NCBI GenBank assembly: GCA_046598255.1
Contig: JBKJIW010000014.1
Coordinates: 36,856 to 100,855, forward strand
Source of the DNA: Aeromicrobium sp.
Lineage (GTDB): Bacteria; Actinomycetota; Actinomycetes; Propionibacteriales; Nocardioidaceae
DNA: 64,000 nucleotides
Direction of reading: 5' to 3'
Made by a program: the position numbers and the translations under genes. The notes below the pieces were generated by a model that searched no databases, had not been told where the DNA came from, and worked only from the letters and a program-made list of their open reading frames with translations. This document shows positions 10,164 through 18,275 of the stretch, piece after piece. Numbering within the stretch: the first letter of the stretch is position 1; each line of letters starts with the position of its first letter.

Positions 10164-10772
10164 GTGACCGTCACCAACAAGCCGACCACACGGGCGGAGC
10201 GTCAGGCCGTGACCCGCGAGAGCCTGATCGCGGTGGCGCGCGAGATGTTCCTCGACGACGGCTACGCGGCGACCTCGCTCGACAAGGTGGCGGTGCGGGC
10301 CGGCTTCTCCAAGGGTGCGGTCTACTCCAACTTCGCCGGCAAGGAGGAGCTCTGCATGGCGGTGCTCGACAGCATCCACGAGGAGCAGATCGCGGGGGTC
10401 TTCTCGGCCTTCACCCGCGACACGGACCTCGACGGACGCATCGAGGCGTTCGCGGCCTGGGCCAAGGAGGGTCTGGGCCAGCCCCGGTGGACGGCCCTCG
10501 AGGTCGAGTTCGGGGCCATCGCCCGCCAGAGCCCCTACGTCGCCACCGAGCTGGTCAAGCGCCACCGGGAGATCCGGTCCGCGATCGCCGGCCTCGTCCG
10601 TCGGGTCACCGCCGATGCCGGCCTGGAGGACTCGGTCGACGCCGACCAGGCCGCCACGACGCTGCTCAGCCTCGGAATCGGGCTGGGCACGCTGCGATCG
10701 CTCGACCACACGATCGACGTCGGTGTCTTCGCCAACACCATGCGCGCCCTCCTGCGCGGCACGACCGGCTGA
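10164..10772 (+). CDS. TetR/AcrR family regulator
   Basis: GYAATSLDKVAVRAGFSKGAVYSNFAGKEEL HTH. GAGGAG SD precedes the GTG start. Confidence 0.92.
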   Translation: MTVTNKPTTRAERQAVTRESLIAVAREMFLDDGYAATSLDKVAVRAGFSKGAVYSNFAGKEELCMAVLDSIHEEQIAGVFSAFTRDTDLDGRIEAFAAWAKEGLGQPRWTALEVEFGAIARQSPYVATELVKRHREIRSAIAGLVRRVTADAGLEDSVDADQAATTLLSLGIGLGTLRSLDHTIDVGVFANTMRALLRGTTG

Positions 10773-10775
10773 CGC

Positions 10776-11933
10776 TCAGCCTCGCGCCGTCACCCGCAGG
10801 ACCTTGTCGTTCCCGTCGCCGTTCGATGTCGTGAGGTACAGGGCGCCGTCAGGCCCACGGGTCGCCGAGCGCAGGCGCCCGTAGGTGCCGTCCAGCTCGC
10901 CCGGCTTCCAGACGGCGCGCAGGGCCCCGTCCCGGCTGAACCGCATGAGCCGCAGCGACTCATCCTTCAGGGACGCCACCGCGAGGGCGCCTCTCCAGTC
11001 GCCCCACTGGGTGCCGTCGACGAAGGTCCCGCCGCTGGTCGCTGACGTCGTGGGACCCGAGCTCCAGCGCGCGGAGCGCTGCTTGCCGGGCAGCCGGTGA
11101 TCGGTCATCGGGGAGTCGGCACCCTCGTTGTAGGCCGCGTCGCCGGCCTCGCGAGGCACCGGGTTCCATCCGTAGTTGCCCATCGACACCAGGCGGTTGA
11201 CCTCGTCGTCGCGATAGCTGCCCTGCTCGACCGACCACATCGTGCCGTCGCTGCGTCGGGCCAGGCCCTGCACGTTGCGGTGGCCGTAGGTGAAGACGCG
11301 CTGCTTCATGCGGGAGCTGCTGCGGATGAAGGGATTGGTCCGGATCGCACGGCCCGTCCGGGCGTCGACGCGCAGCACCTTGCCGCCTCCCGATGTCAGG
11401 CGCTGGGGGTTCCGCCCCGTCGCCGCGTCGCCCGTGCCGATGAAGAGCTGGTGGCCCGCGCCGTTCGCGAGCGCGCAACCGCCGTGTCGACCGGTCGTCG
11501 AGGGAAGGCCCGAGACCAGGGTGCGGACGTACGAGGCCGCCGTCGCCGCCCGATTCAGGCGCCACCGCACGACGCGGACGTCCTGCACGCCGCCGTTGCG
11601 GTAGCCGTGACAGGTCACGAACTCACGGGTCGAGGCGAAGTCCTTCGCGACCTCGACCGCCATCAGTCCTGTCTCGCCGCCGGCCCACATGTGGCGCGGT
11701 GAGGTGAAGATCGTGCGGACACCGCCGTCCGACGTGCGCAGCAGCAGCCGCTTCGCGTCGCGCTCCGTCACGAGCATCGAGCCGTCCGGCAGGAATGCCA
11801 GGTCCCACGGGATCCGGAGACCGCTCTGCACCACCGTCACCGACAGGCCCGGACGGGCCGCGGTGGCCGGCGCCGCTGTCATGAGGGGCAGGGCGAGGAC
11901 CAGCGCGGGGATGACCCGCCAGATGCGCATCAT
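10776..11933 (-). CDS. Secreted PQQ-dependent sugar dehydrogenase (GSDH family)
   Basis: Signal peptide, PWDLAFLPDG, YGHRNVQG, GNYGW and YGRLRS motifs. Confidence 0.88.
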   Translation of the reverse strand: MMRIWRVIPALVLALPLMTAAPATAARPGLSVTVVQSGLRIPWDLAFLPDGSMLVTERDAKRLLLRTSDGGVRTIFTSPRHMWAGGETGLMAVEVAKDFASTREFVTCHGYRNGGVQDVRVVRWRLNRAATAASYVRTLVSGLPSTTGRHGGCALANGAGHQLFIGTGDAATGRNPQRLTSGGGKVLRVDARTGRAIRTNPFIRSSSRMKQRVFTYGHRNVQGLARRSDGTMWSVEQGSYRDDEVNRLVSMGNYGWNPVPREAGDAAYNEGADSPMTDHRLPGKQRSARWSSGPTTSATSGGTFVDGTQWGDWRGALAVASLKDESLRLMRFSRDGALRAVWKPGELDGTYGRLRSATRGPDGALYLTTSNGDGNDKVLRVTARG

Positions 11934-11971
11934 GTCGTCAGTGTGCGCGACATCTGACGATCACGCACCCC

Positions 11972-13312
11972 TCACGACAGGACGATCGTCGTCCGCACCG
12001 GGTTGTGGTCGGACGCCTTGGCGCCGACGTACCGGCGGTTCCTCGTCGGCGCGACGATGCGCCACCCCGTCGACCCCATCGACGTCCGGACGAAGATGCG
12101 GTCGATGTGCCCACCCCAGTACTTCATGGTCGACACCTTCGCGCGCCATCCGTTGAAGCTGCTGACGTTCGGCCGGCTGTACGTCGCTGATGCGTCGAAG
12201 GCGTCGACCCAGCCTCGCTTGGCCATCTCCCGGCGGGGCGGGTCGTCGCCGGGCCCGCCGCGGTAGGAGTTGAAGTCGCCGAGGTAGACGATCGGCAGCG
12301 TGCCCGCGACCGCCTCGGTCCTGGCGATGAGCTGGCGGGTCTCCCTGCCGCGCAGGCGCGCCGCGGCCTTCGTCGGACCGTGGGTCAGGTGCGCCGACAC
12401 GAACACGTAGGTCTGGCCGTTGCTCCGCAGCCGCAGCGCCGCCCAGGCGGCCGTCGCACCGGACGGTGAGCTGATCCGGCCCTCCTGCTCCACCGGCAGC
12501 TGCCGGTCACGGCAGACCTTCTGCTCGGTGAGCCATCCGGACGTCGCGAACGCGTACCACTGCTGGCTCGGCCGGTCGAAGTGCCGGGGGAAGCGCCACG
12601 TGGAGGTGTCCTCGGTCCCGGCGTACGGCTGGACGACGCACGACGTCGACGGCTGGGTCGTCACGGCCATCTCGAGGGCGGCCACCCGGTAGTAGACGGC
12701 CTCGTTCCGCTTCGCGAGTCGCGCCGTGTAGGAGGCGTAGCCGTGCTCCCGCAGTCGTTCGGCCAGCTCCTCGGCGCGGCCCGTGACCTCCTGGAGCGCC
12801 ACGACGTCGGCGTTGGCGTCGACGATGCGCTGGACGACCGCGTCCTCGCGCTGGCGGGTCCACCTCTTGCAGTTGTCAGCGGCGGCGCACACGTTGAACG
12901 TCACGACCGAGACGCTGGGCGCGGCGCGATCGACGCTGCGGCGCAGGGTGTGGCCGCAGACCGGTTCCGAGCGGGACCCCTTGTGGCCGCCGCGGACGGC
13001 GCGCACCGTGAAGCAGTAGCGCCGGTGGGGTCGCAGGTCCCGGATCTTGAGGGTGGTGTGACGCCCGCGGGACGCGCGCGACTGCCCCTTCTGCGACGTC
13101 CTCTCCGCCTTCGACGGGGTCGACGCGATGAAGACGGTGTAGCCCCGTGCCTTCGCGGTGGGGGCCCACTTCAGCGTCACCGTGTGGGGAGACGACGCCA
13201 CGATGTAGGGGGTGGAGGCCTTGGCCGGGCGCGCCGGCGCCGGCGACGCCAGGCCCACGACCAGCAGCAGGGATCCGAGCGCCGCGAGCAGGAGCTTCAG
13301 TGGCGACGGCAT
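11972..13312 (-). CDS. Secreted fibronectin-III + endonuclease/exonuclease/phosphatase protein
   Basis: Signal peptide; FN3-like VTLKW...LRPHRRYCFTVRA; TFNV, DVVALQE, GDFNS, IDRIF and SDHNPV motifs. Confidence 0.8.
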   Translation of the reverse strand: MPSPLKLLLAALGSLLLVVGLASPAPARPAKASTPYIVASSPHTVTLKWAPTAKARGYTVFIASTPSKAERTSQKGQSRASRGRHTTLKIRDLRPHRRYCFTVRAVRGGHKGSRSEPVCGHTLRRSVDRAAPSVSVVTFNVCAAADNCKRWTRQREDAVVQRIVDANADVVALQEVTGRAEELAERLREHGYASYTARLAKRNEAVYYRVAALEMAVTTQPSTSCVVQPYAGTEDTSTWRFPRHFDRPSQQWYAFATSGWLTEQKVCRDRQLPVEQEGRISSPSGATAAWAALRLRSNGQTYVFVSAHLTHGPTKAAARLRGRETRQLIARTEAVAGTLPIVYLGDFNSYRGGPGDDPPRREMAKRGWVDAFDASATYSRPNVSSFNGWRAKVSTMKYWGGHIDRIFVRTSMGSTGWRIVAPTRNRRYVGAKASDHNPVRTTIVLS

Positions 13313-13371
13313 CGCACGATGCTAGGCCGCGGCCGGGTCGCACCGTGGCGTTGACCGCCGCGTGTTGGGAC

Positions 13372-13863
13372 TCAGTAGCCGCCGTTGTCCTTGAAGCGCG
13401 CGTAGGAGGCCTGGATCTCGGCCTCGGCCTCGACGCGACCGGTCCAGGTCGATCCCTCGACCGACTTGCCGGGCTCGAGGTCCTTGTAGACCGTGAAGAA
13501 GTGCTCGATCTCGAGGCGGTCGAACTCCGGCACGTGGTGGATGTCGCGCAGGTGCTCCTGGCGCGGGTCCTTGGCCGGGACGCAGAGGACCTTGTCGTCG
13601 CCGCCGGCCTCGTCGGTCATGCGGAACATGCCGATCGTGCGGCACGAGATCACGCAGCCGGGGAACGTCGGCTCGGACAGCAGCACGAGGGCGTCGAGCG
13701 GATCGCTGTCCAGGCCCAGGGTGTCGTCAATGAAGCCGTAGTCGGCCGGGTACTGCGTGGCCGTGAAGAGCGTGCGGTCGAGGCGGATGCGGTGCGACGC
13801 GTGGTCGACCTCGTACTTGTTGCGGCTTCCCTTGGGGATCTCCACGGTGACGTCGAAAATCAC
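13372..13863 (-). CDS. ppa: Inorganic pyrophosphatase
   Basis: [17 protein letters not shown] and DSDPLD motifs; divergent from dacB as in the conserved locus. Confidence 0.96.
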   Translation of the reverse strand: MIFDVTVEIPKGSRNKYEVDHASHRIRLDRTLFTATQYPADYGFIDDTLGLDSDPLDALVLLSEPTFPGCVISCRTIGMFRMTDEAGGDDKVLCVPAKDPRQEHLRDIHHVPEFDRLEIEHFFTVYKDLEPGKSVEGSTWTGRVEAEAEIQASYARFKDNGGY

Positions 13864-13941
13864 AGGAATGCCTCCGGCTGTTGAGTGCGGGTGCGCGCGC
13901 CGTCAGGCGTCGCGTCATCGGGTCTCTATAGTCTGGCGCAT

Positions 13942-15357
13942 GTGGCAGCGCAACGGGGAACCAGGGTCGTGGTCTCTGTCGCCGCGAGCCTCGCGGTCCC
14001 GGTCGTCGTGCTGGCCGTCACCGTCGCCCTGGCGGTGACCTCCTGGGAGCGCGGAGACCTCAACCGGTTCATCTGCGACGGCGGTTGCGGCCCGTCCAAC
14101 GTCATCGCTCCGGAGGGGCTGGCCGTCGGTGCCGAGCCCCCGGCCGCTGCTCCTGATCGGGCCGTCGACGGCGACGGCACCCTCGACCCGGCGAAGATCG
14201 AGGCGGCCGTCGCGGCCGGGCTGGGCGACGAGGTCCTCGGCCCGCGGGTGGGGTTCATGGCCATGTCGGCCGACGGCACGTCCTTCTCCTCCCGGGCTGA
14301 CCGGGCCTACGCGCCGGCGTCGACGACGAAGGTGCTCACGGGACTGGCCGCGCTCGAAACGATCGATCCCGAGACCCGCTTCACGACCAGCGTCGTGCGC
14401 TCGGCCGATGGTGTGATCCTGGTCGGCGGCGGAGACCCCTTCCTCTCGACCAAGCCGGCCCGGACGGTCGACGACCGCGTGCTCCAGGCCGACCTGACGA
14501 CCCTGGCGCGGCGCACGGCCGAGGCCCTGAAGAGCGCCGGGACCAGGTCGGTCACGCTCGCGTACGACGCGTCGCTCTTCGTCGGCCCGGACGCCAGCCC
14601 CACCTGGGAGCCCGACTACGTCACGGCCAACATCGTCACGCCGGTCAGCGCGCTCTGGGTCGACCAGGGGGTCACTGACGGCATCCGCGACCGTGAGCCC
14701 GCCGTCGACGCGGCCCGCACCTTCGCGCAGCTGATGGCCGCCGAAGGCATCGCCGTCACGGGCGATCCACCACAGGTCGACGCGCCGGCCGGCGCCCCGG
14801 TCGTCAGCGAGGTCCGCAGCGCGACGCTCGCCCAGATCGTGGAGACCCTGGTCAGGGTCAGCGACAACGAGGCCGCCGAGATCGTCCTGCGGCACGTCGC
14901 GATCGCCGGAGGTCGCACGGCCGACTTCGACGGCGGAACGGCGGCCGTCCGCGCAGCCCTGGACACCGCCGGCGTCAGCACGCAGGGGCTGGTGCTGAAC
15001 GACGGCAGCGGCTTGTCCCGCGACAACCGCATCACCCCGACGACCTTGGTCGAGGCGCTCAGGATGGCCCATTCCTCGCCCCGCACCTCCGGCCTGCTCG
15101 CCGATCTCCCGGTCAGCGGCTTCACCGGCACGCTCGTCGACCGCTTCGCCCAGCTGACGGGTGCGCGCGGCACGGTGCGGGCCAAGACGGGCACGCTGAC
15201 GGGCATCCACTCGCTGGCCGGCTACCTGACGGATGCCGAGGGGCAGCCGGTGTTCTTCGCCGTCATGGCCGACCGGACAGACCGTGACATGCCCGTCCAG
15301 GCGCAGGCAGCGCTCGACCGCGTCGCTGCCGCGCTGGCTGACTGTTCTTGCGGCTGA
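13942..15357 (+). CDS. dacB: D-Ala-D-Ala carboxypeptidase/endopeptidase (PBP4 family)
   Basis: PASTTK (SxxK), SDN, DGSGLSR and KTGTL motifs. Start is approximate. Confidence 0.92.
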   Translation: MAAQRGTRVVVSVAASLAVPVVVLAVTVALAVTSWERGDLNRFICDGGCGPSNVIAPEGLAVGAEPPAAAPDRAVDGDGTLDPAKIEAAVAAGLGDEVLGPRVGFMAMSADGTSFSSRADRAYAPASTTKVLTGLAALETIDPETRFTTSVVRSADGVILVGGGDPFLSTKPARTVDDRVLQADLTTLARRTAEALKSAGTRSVTLAYDASLFVGPDASPTWEPDYVTANIVTPVSALWVDQGVTDGIRDREPAVDAARTFAQLMAAEGIAVTGDPPQVDAPAGAPVVSEVRSATLAQIVETLVRVSDNEAAEIVLRHVAIAGGRTADFDGGTAAVRAALDTAGVSTQGLVLNDGSGLSRDNRITPTTLVEALRMAHSSPRTSGLLADLPVSGFTGTLVDRFAQLTGARGTVRAKTGTLTGIHSLAGYLTDAEGQPVFFAVMADRTDRDMPVQAQAALDRVAAALADCSCG

Positions 15358-15400
15358 CCGTCCGACCGTTTCGACGGCACAGCGTCGAGACCGACCATGG

Positions 15401-15543
15401 GCCGAGCGAAGCTGGGGGCACCTCCCGCTTGCGGGGGCGGCAGGGCCCCAGGCGAAGCCTGGCAGCGGTTGGGGGTCCCCCCAACGAGCGCAGCGAGTGA
15501 GGGGGAGGAACGAACCGCTGAAGTTAGCGACGAAGGAGCTAAC
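15401..15543. repeat. Composite palindromic intergenic element with GNA mini-hairpins
   Basis: AGC-GAA-GCT, CCAGGC-GAA-GCCTGG, CAGCGGTT/AACCGCTG, GC-GCA-GC and GTTAGC/GCTAAC. CGAGCGCAGCGA recurs at 53287. Confidence 0.6.
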
Positions 15544-15552
15544 GTGGGCCCC

Positions 15553-16599
15553 ATGATCGACTGGAACCTCGCGCTGACGACGGCGACGAAGCTGTCCCGT
15601 CCCGGTCCCGTGCTCTCGGCGGCCGAGGTCGCCGAGGCGGTCCATGAGCTCCGCGAGGGCGCTGCCCGCTCCGAGGGGCCGGTCCGCGAGTTCAGCGACC
15701 TGCACGCCACCTCCGCGACGGCACCTGTCCTGGTCGTCGACCGGCCCCGCTGGATCGAGGCCAACCTCAGCACCTTCGAGGTCCTGATGCGGCCCATCGA
15801 GGCCAAGCTCGCCGCCGCCGGAAAGACCCCCACGGGGCTGACCCGCACCGTCGGCGCCAAGATCAGCGGCGCCGAGCTGGGCGGCCTGATGTCGTTCATG
15901 TCGTCCAAGGTCCTCGGCCAGTTCGACCCGTTCTGGAACGGTCCTGCCGGCGAGGGGGGACGACTGATGCTCGTCGCCCCCAACATCGTCCACGCCGAGC
16001 GCCAGCTCGACGTCGACCCGCACGACTTCCGCCTCTGGGTGTGCCTGCACGAGGAGACTCACCGGGTGCAGTTCACCGCCGTCGACTGGATGCGCGGGCA
16101 CATGAAGTCGCTCCTCGACGAGTTCGTCGAGGCCACCGACCTGGAGTCGTCCGCCTTGTCGGAGATGCTGTCCGACGGCTTCGGCGAGGCGGTCCGCATC
16201 GTCCGCGGCGAGTCCGAGGCATCGCTCGCGGAGCTGTTCCAGAACGACCGCCAGCGCGAGATCGTCGATCAGCTGACGGGCATCATGTCCCTCCTCGAGG
16301 GGCACGCCGACGTCGTGATGGACGGTGTCGGCCCGGAGGTCATCCCGAGTGTCGCGGAGATCCGCCGCAAGTTCACCCAGCGCCGCAAGGGCGTGAGCCC
16401 GCTCGACCGGATGCTGCGCCGCCTGCTGGGGCTCGACGCCAAGATGCGCCAGTACCGCGACGGGGCGACGTTCGTGCGCGAGGTCAACGAGCAGGTTGGC
16501 CTCTCGGGCTTCAACGCCGTCTGGGCCGAGCCCGGCAACCTGCCCGGCAAGACCGAGATCCTCGACCCGGGCGCGTGGGTCAAGCGCGTCCACGGCTAG
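15553..16599 (+). CDS. Zinc-dependent metalloprotease-like protein (DUF2342/zincin)
   Basis: MIDW start, LHEETHRVQF, MSLLEGHAD and KMRQY motifs; conserved position between dacB and tilS. Confidence 0.88.
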   Translation: MIDWNLALTTATKLSRPGPVLSAAEVAEAVHELREGAARSEGPVREFSDLHATSATAPVLVVDRPRWIEANLSTFEVLMRPIEAKLAAAGKTPTGLTRTVGAKISGAELGGLMSFMSSKVLGQFDPFWNGPAGEGGRLMLVAPNIVHAERQLDVDPHDFRLWVCLHEETHRVQFTAVDWMRGHMKSLLDEFVEATDLESSALSEMLSDGFGEAVRIVRGESEASLAELFQNDRQREIVDQLTGIMSLLEGHADVVMDGVGPEVIPSVAEIRRKFTQRRKGVSPLDRMLRRLLGLDAKMRQYRDGATFVREVNEQVGLSGFNAVWAEPGNLPGKTEILDPGAWVKRVHG

Positions 16600-16613
16600 A
16601 CGCGGCCAGACGA

Positions 16614-17567
16614 GTGGGTGGCGCGCTCGACCCGGCCGTGGCAGCCGGCCGCAACGCCGTCCGGCACGCGCTCGACGACCTGGAGGCCGGGTCGCGGATC
16701 GTCCTGGGCGTCTCGGGCGGTGCCGACTCCCTCGCCCTCGCAGCCGTCACGGCCTTCGTGGCTGACCGGGCGTCGTATGACGTGAGCGCCGTCGTGGTCG
16801 ACCACGGCCTGCAGGCGGCGTCGGCCGCGGTCGCCGGCCGGGCCGCCGAGCAGCTCGCCGGGCTGGGTGTCGCGGCGGTCGTCGAGCGGGTCGAGGTCGG
16901 CCGGGTCGGCGGCCCTGAGGCGGCCGCCCGCACGGCCCGTCTCGCCGTGCTCGCCGGGACCGGCGCCGACGCGGTCCTGCTGGCCCACACGCTGGACGAC
17001 CAGGCGGAGACGGTGCTCCTGGGCCTCGGGCGTGGCTCCGGACCGCGGAGCATCTCCGGCATGGCGGCGCGCGACGGCATCTGGCGCCGGCCGCTCCTCA
17101 CGGTGCGCCGGGCCGACACCGAACGCATCTGCCGGGCCCACGGCCTCGACTGGTGGACCGATCCGCACAACAGCGACCCCGCCTTCCGCCGTTCCCGCCT
17201 GCGGGCGGAGGTGCTGCCCGTGCTCGAGGACGTCCTGGGCGGCGGGGTCGCCGAGGCGCTGGCCCGCACCGCCGACCAGGTGCGGTCCGACAGCGCGTTG
17301 CTCGACTCTCTCGCGGCCGAGGTCGCCGATCCCCTGGACGTCACGGTCCTGGCCTCGCTGCCCCTGCCGCTGCGCTCCCGGGTGCTGCGCCGCGTCGCGC
17401 TGGCAGCCGGCACCGACGGTGCTGCGCTGACCGCGTCCCACCTCGCCGAGCTCGACCGCCTGGTCACCGACTGGCACGGCCAGCTCCGCATCGAGCTGCC
17501 CGGTGGTGTCTCGTGCGCGAGGAAGGGGACTTCGCTGCGCTTCGCTGCCACGCCTGTGGGAGGGTGA
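16614..17567 (+). CDS. tilS: tRNA(Ile)-lysidine synthetase
   Basis: SGGADS PP-loop, DHGLQ, HTLDDQAETVL and DPHN motifs. Confidence 0.93.
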   Translation: MGGALDPAVAAGRNAVRHALDDLEAGSRIVLGVSGGADSLALAAVTAFVADRASYDVSAVVVDHGLQAASAAVAGRAAEQLAGLGVAAVVERVEVGRVGGPEAAARTARLAVLAGTGADAVLLAHTLDDQAETVLLGLGRGSGPRSISGMAARDGIWRRPLLTVRRADTERICRAHGLDWWTDPHNSDPAFRRSRLRAEVLPVLEDVLGGGVAEALARTADQVRSDSALLDSLAAEVADPLDVTVLASLPLPLRSRVLRRVALAAGTDGAALTASHLAELDRLVTDWHGQLRIELPGGVSCARKGTSLRFAATPVGG

Positions 17568-17571
17568 TCCC

Positions 17572-18129
17572 GTGGACCAGACGCATGTCGCAGGTGACCT
17601 CGAGCTCGACGAGACCCTCTACACGGAGGAGCAGATCGTCACCCGTCTCAAGGAGATGGCAGCGCAGATCGAGACCGACTACGCGGGCAAGGACCTGCTG
17701 CTCGTGGGAGTCCTGAAGGGCGCGGTCATGGTGATGGCCGATCTCGCCCGCAGCCTCGACCGACACGTCGAGATGGACTGGATGGCGGTGTCCTCCTACG
17801 GCTCGGGCACCAAGTCGTCCGGCGTCGTGCGGATCCTCAAGGACCTCGACACCGACCTCAGCGGTCGCCACGTGCTGATCGTCGAGGACATCATCGACAC
17901 GGGTCTGACGCTCTCCTGGCTCATCACCAACCTCCGGTCGCGCGGCCCCGCCTCGGTGGAGATCGCCACCCTGCTGCGCAAGCCCGACGCGCAGCAGATG
18001 GAGGTCGAGGTCAAGTACGTCGGCTTCGACATCCCCAACGCGTTCGTCGTCGGCTACGGCCTCGATTACGACGAGCGCTACCGCAACCTGCGCTGCATCG
18101 GCACCCTCGCTCCACACATCTATTCGTAG
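17572..18129 (+). CDS. hpt: Hypoxanthine phosphoribosyltransferase
   Basis: VLKGA, LIVEDIIDTGLT and FVVGYGLDY motifs. Confidence 0.96.
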   Translation: MDQTHVAGDLELDETLYTEEQIVTRLKEMAAQIETDYAGKDLLLVGVLKGAVMVMADLARSLDRHVEMDWMAVSSYGSGTKSSGVVRILKDLDTDLSGRHVLIVEDIIDTGLTLSWLITNLRSRGPASVEIATLLRKPDAQQMEVEVKYVGFDIPNAFVVGYGLDYDERYRNLRCIGTLAPHIYS

Positions 18130-18144
18130 GCGTCCCAGCGCATA

Positions 18145-18161
18145 GTTCGCTGTCGGCGAAC
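18145..18161 (+). promoter_or_regulatory. ClgR-type operator upstream of ftsH
   Basis: GTTCGC-N5-GCGAAC perfect palindrome matches the actinobacterial ClgR consensus. Confidence 0.7.
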
Positions 18162-18169
18162 GGCGCGGC

Positions 18170-18196
18170 GGAACGTTGGCGGTGCCTCAGTACGTT
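18170..18196 (+). promoter_or_regulatory. SigH/SigR-like ECF promoter for ftsH
   Basis: GGAAC-N19-GTT immediately after the ClgR box. Confidence 0.5.
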
Positions 18197-18275
18197 CAAC
18201 GAGTGGACGGTGCCCCGTGTACCGTTCGACTACCGACCAGCACATGAGGAGGAGTGGACCCGCTCCACGCCGTAC

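Noticed and set aside
13915-16593. Long antisense or alternate-frame ORFs (e.g. 892 aa here; also 842-3112, 18120-20294, 60124-62631)
   Set aside because: They shadow well-supported genes. High GC3 removes stop codons from other frames, and the translations have no recognisable motifs.
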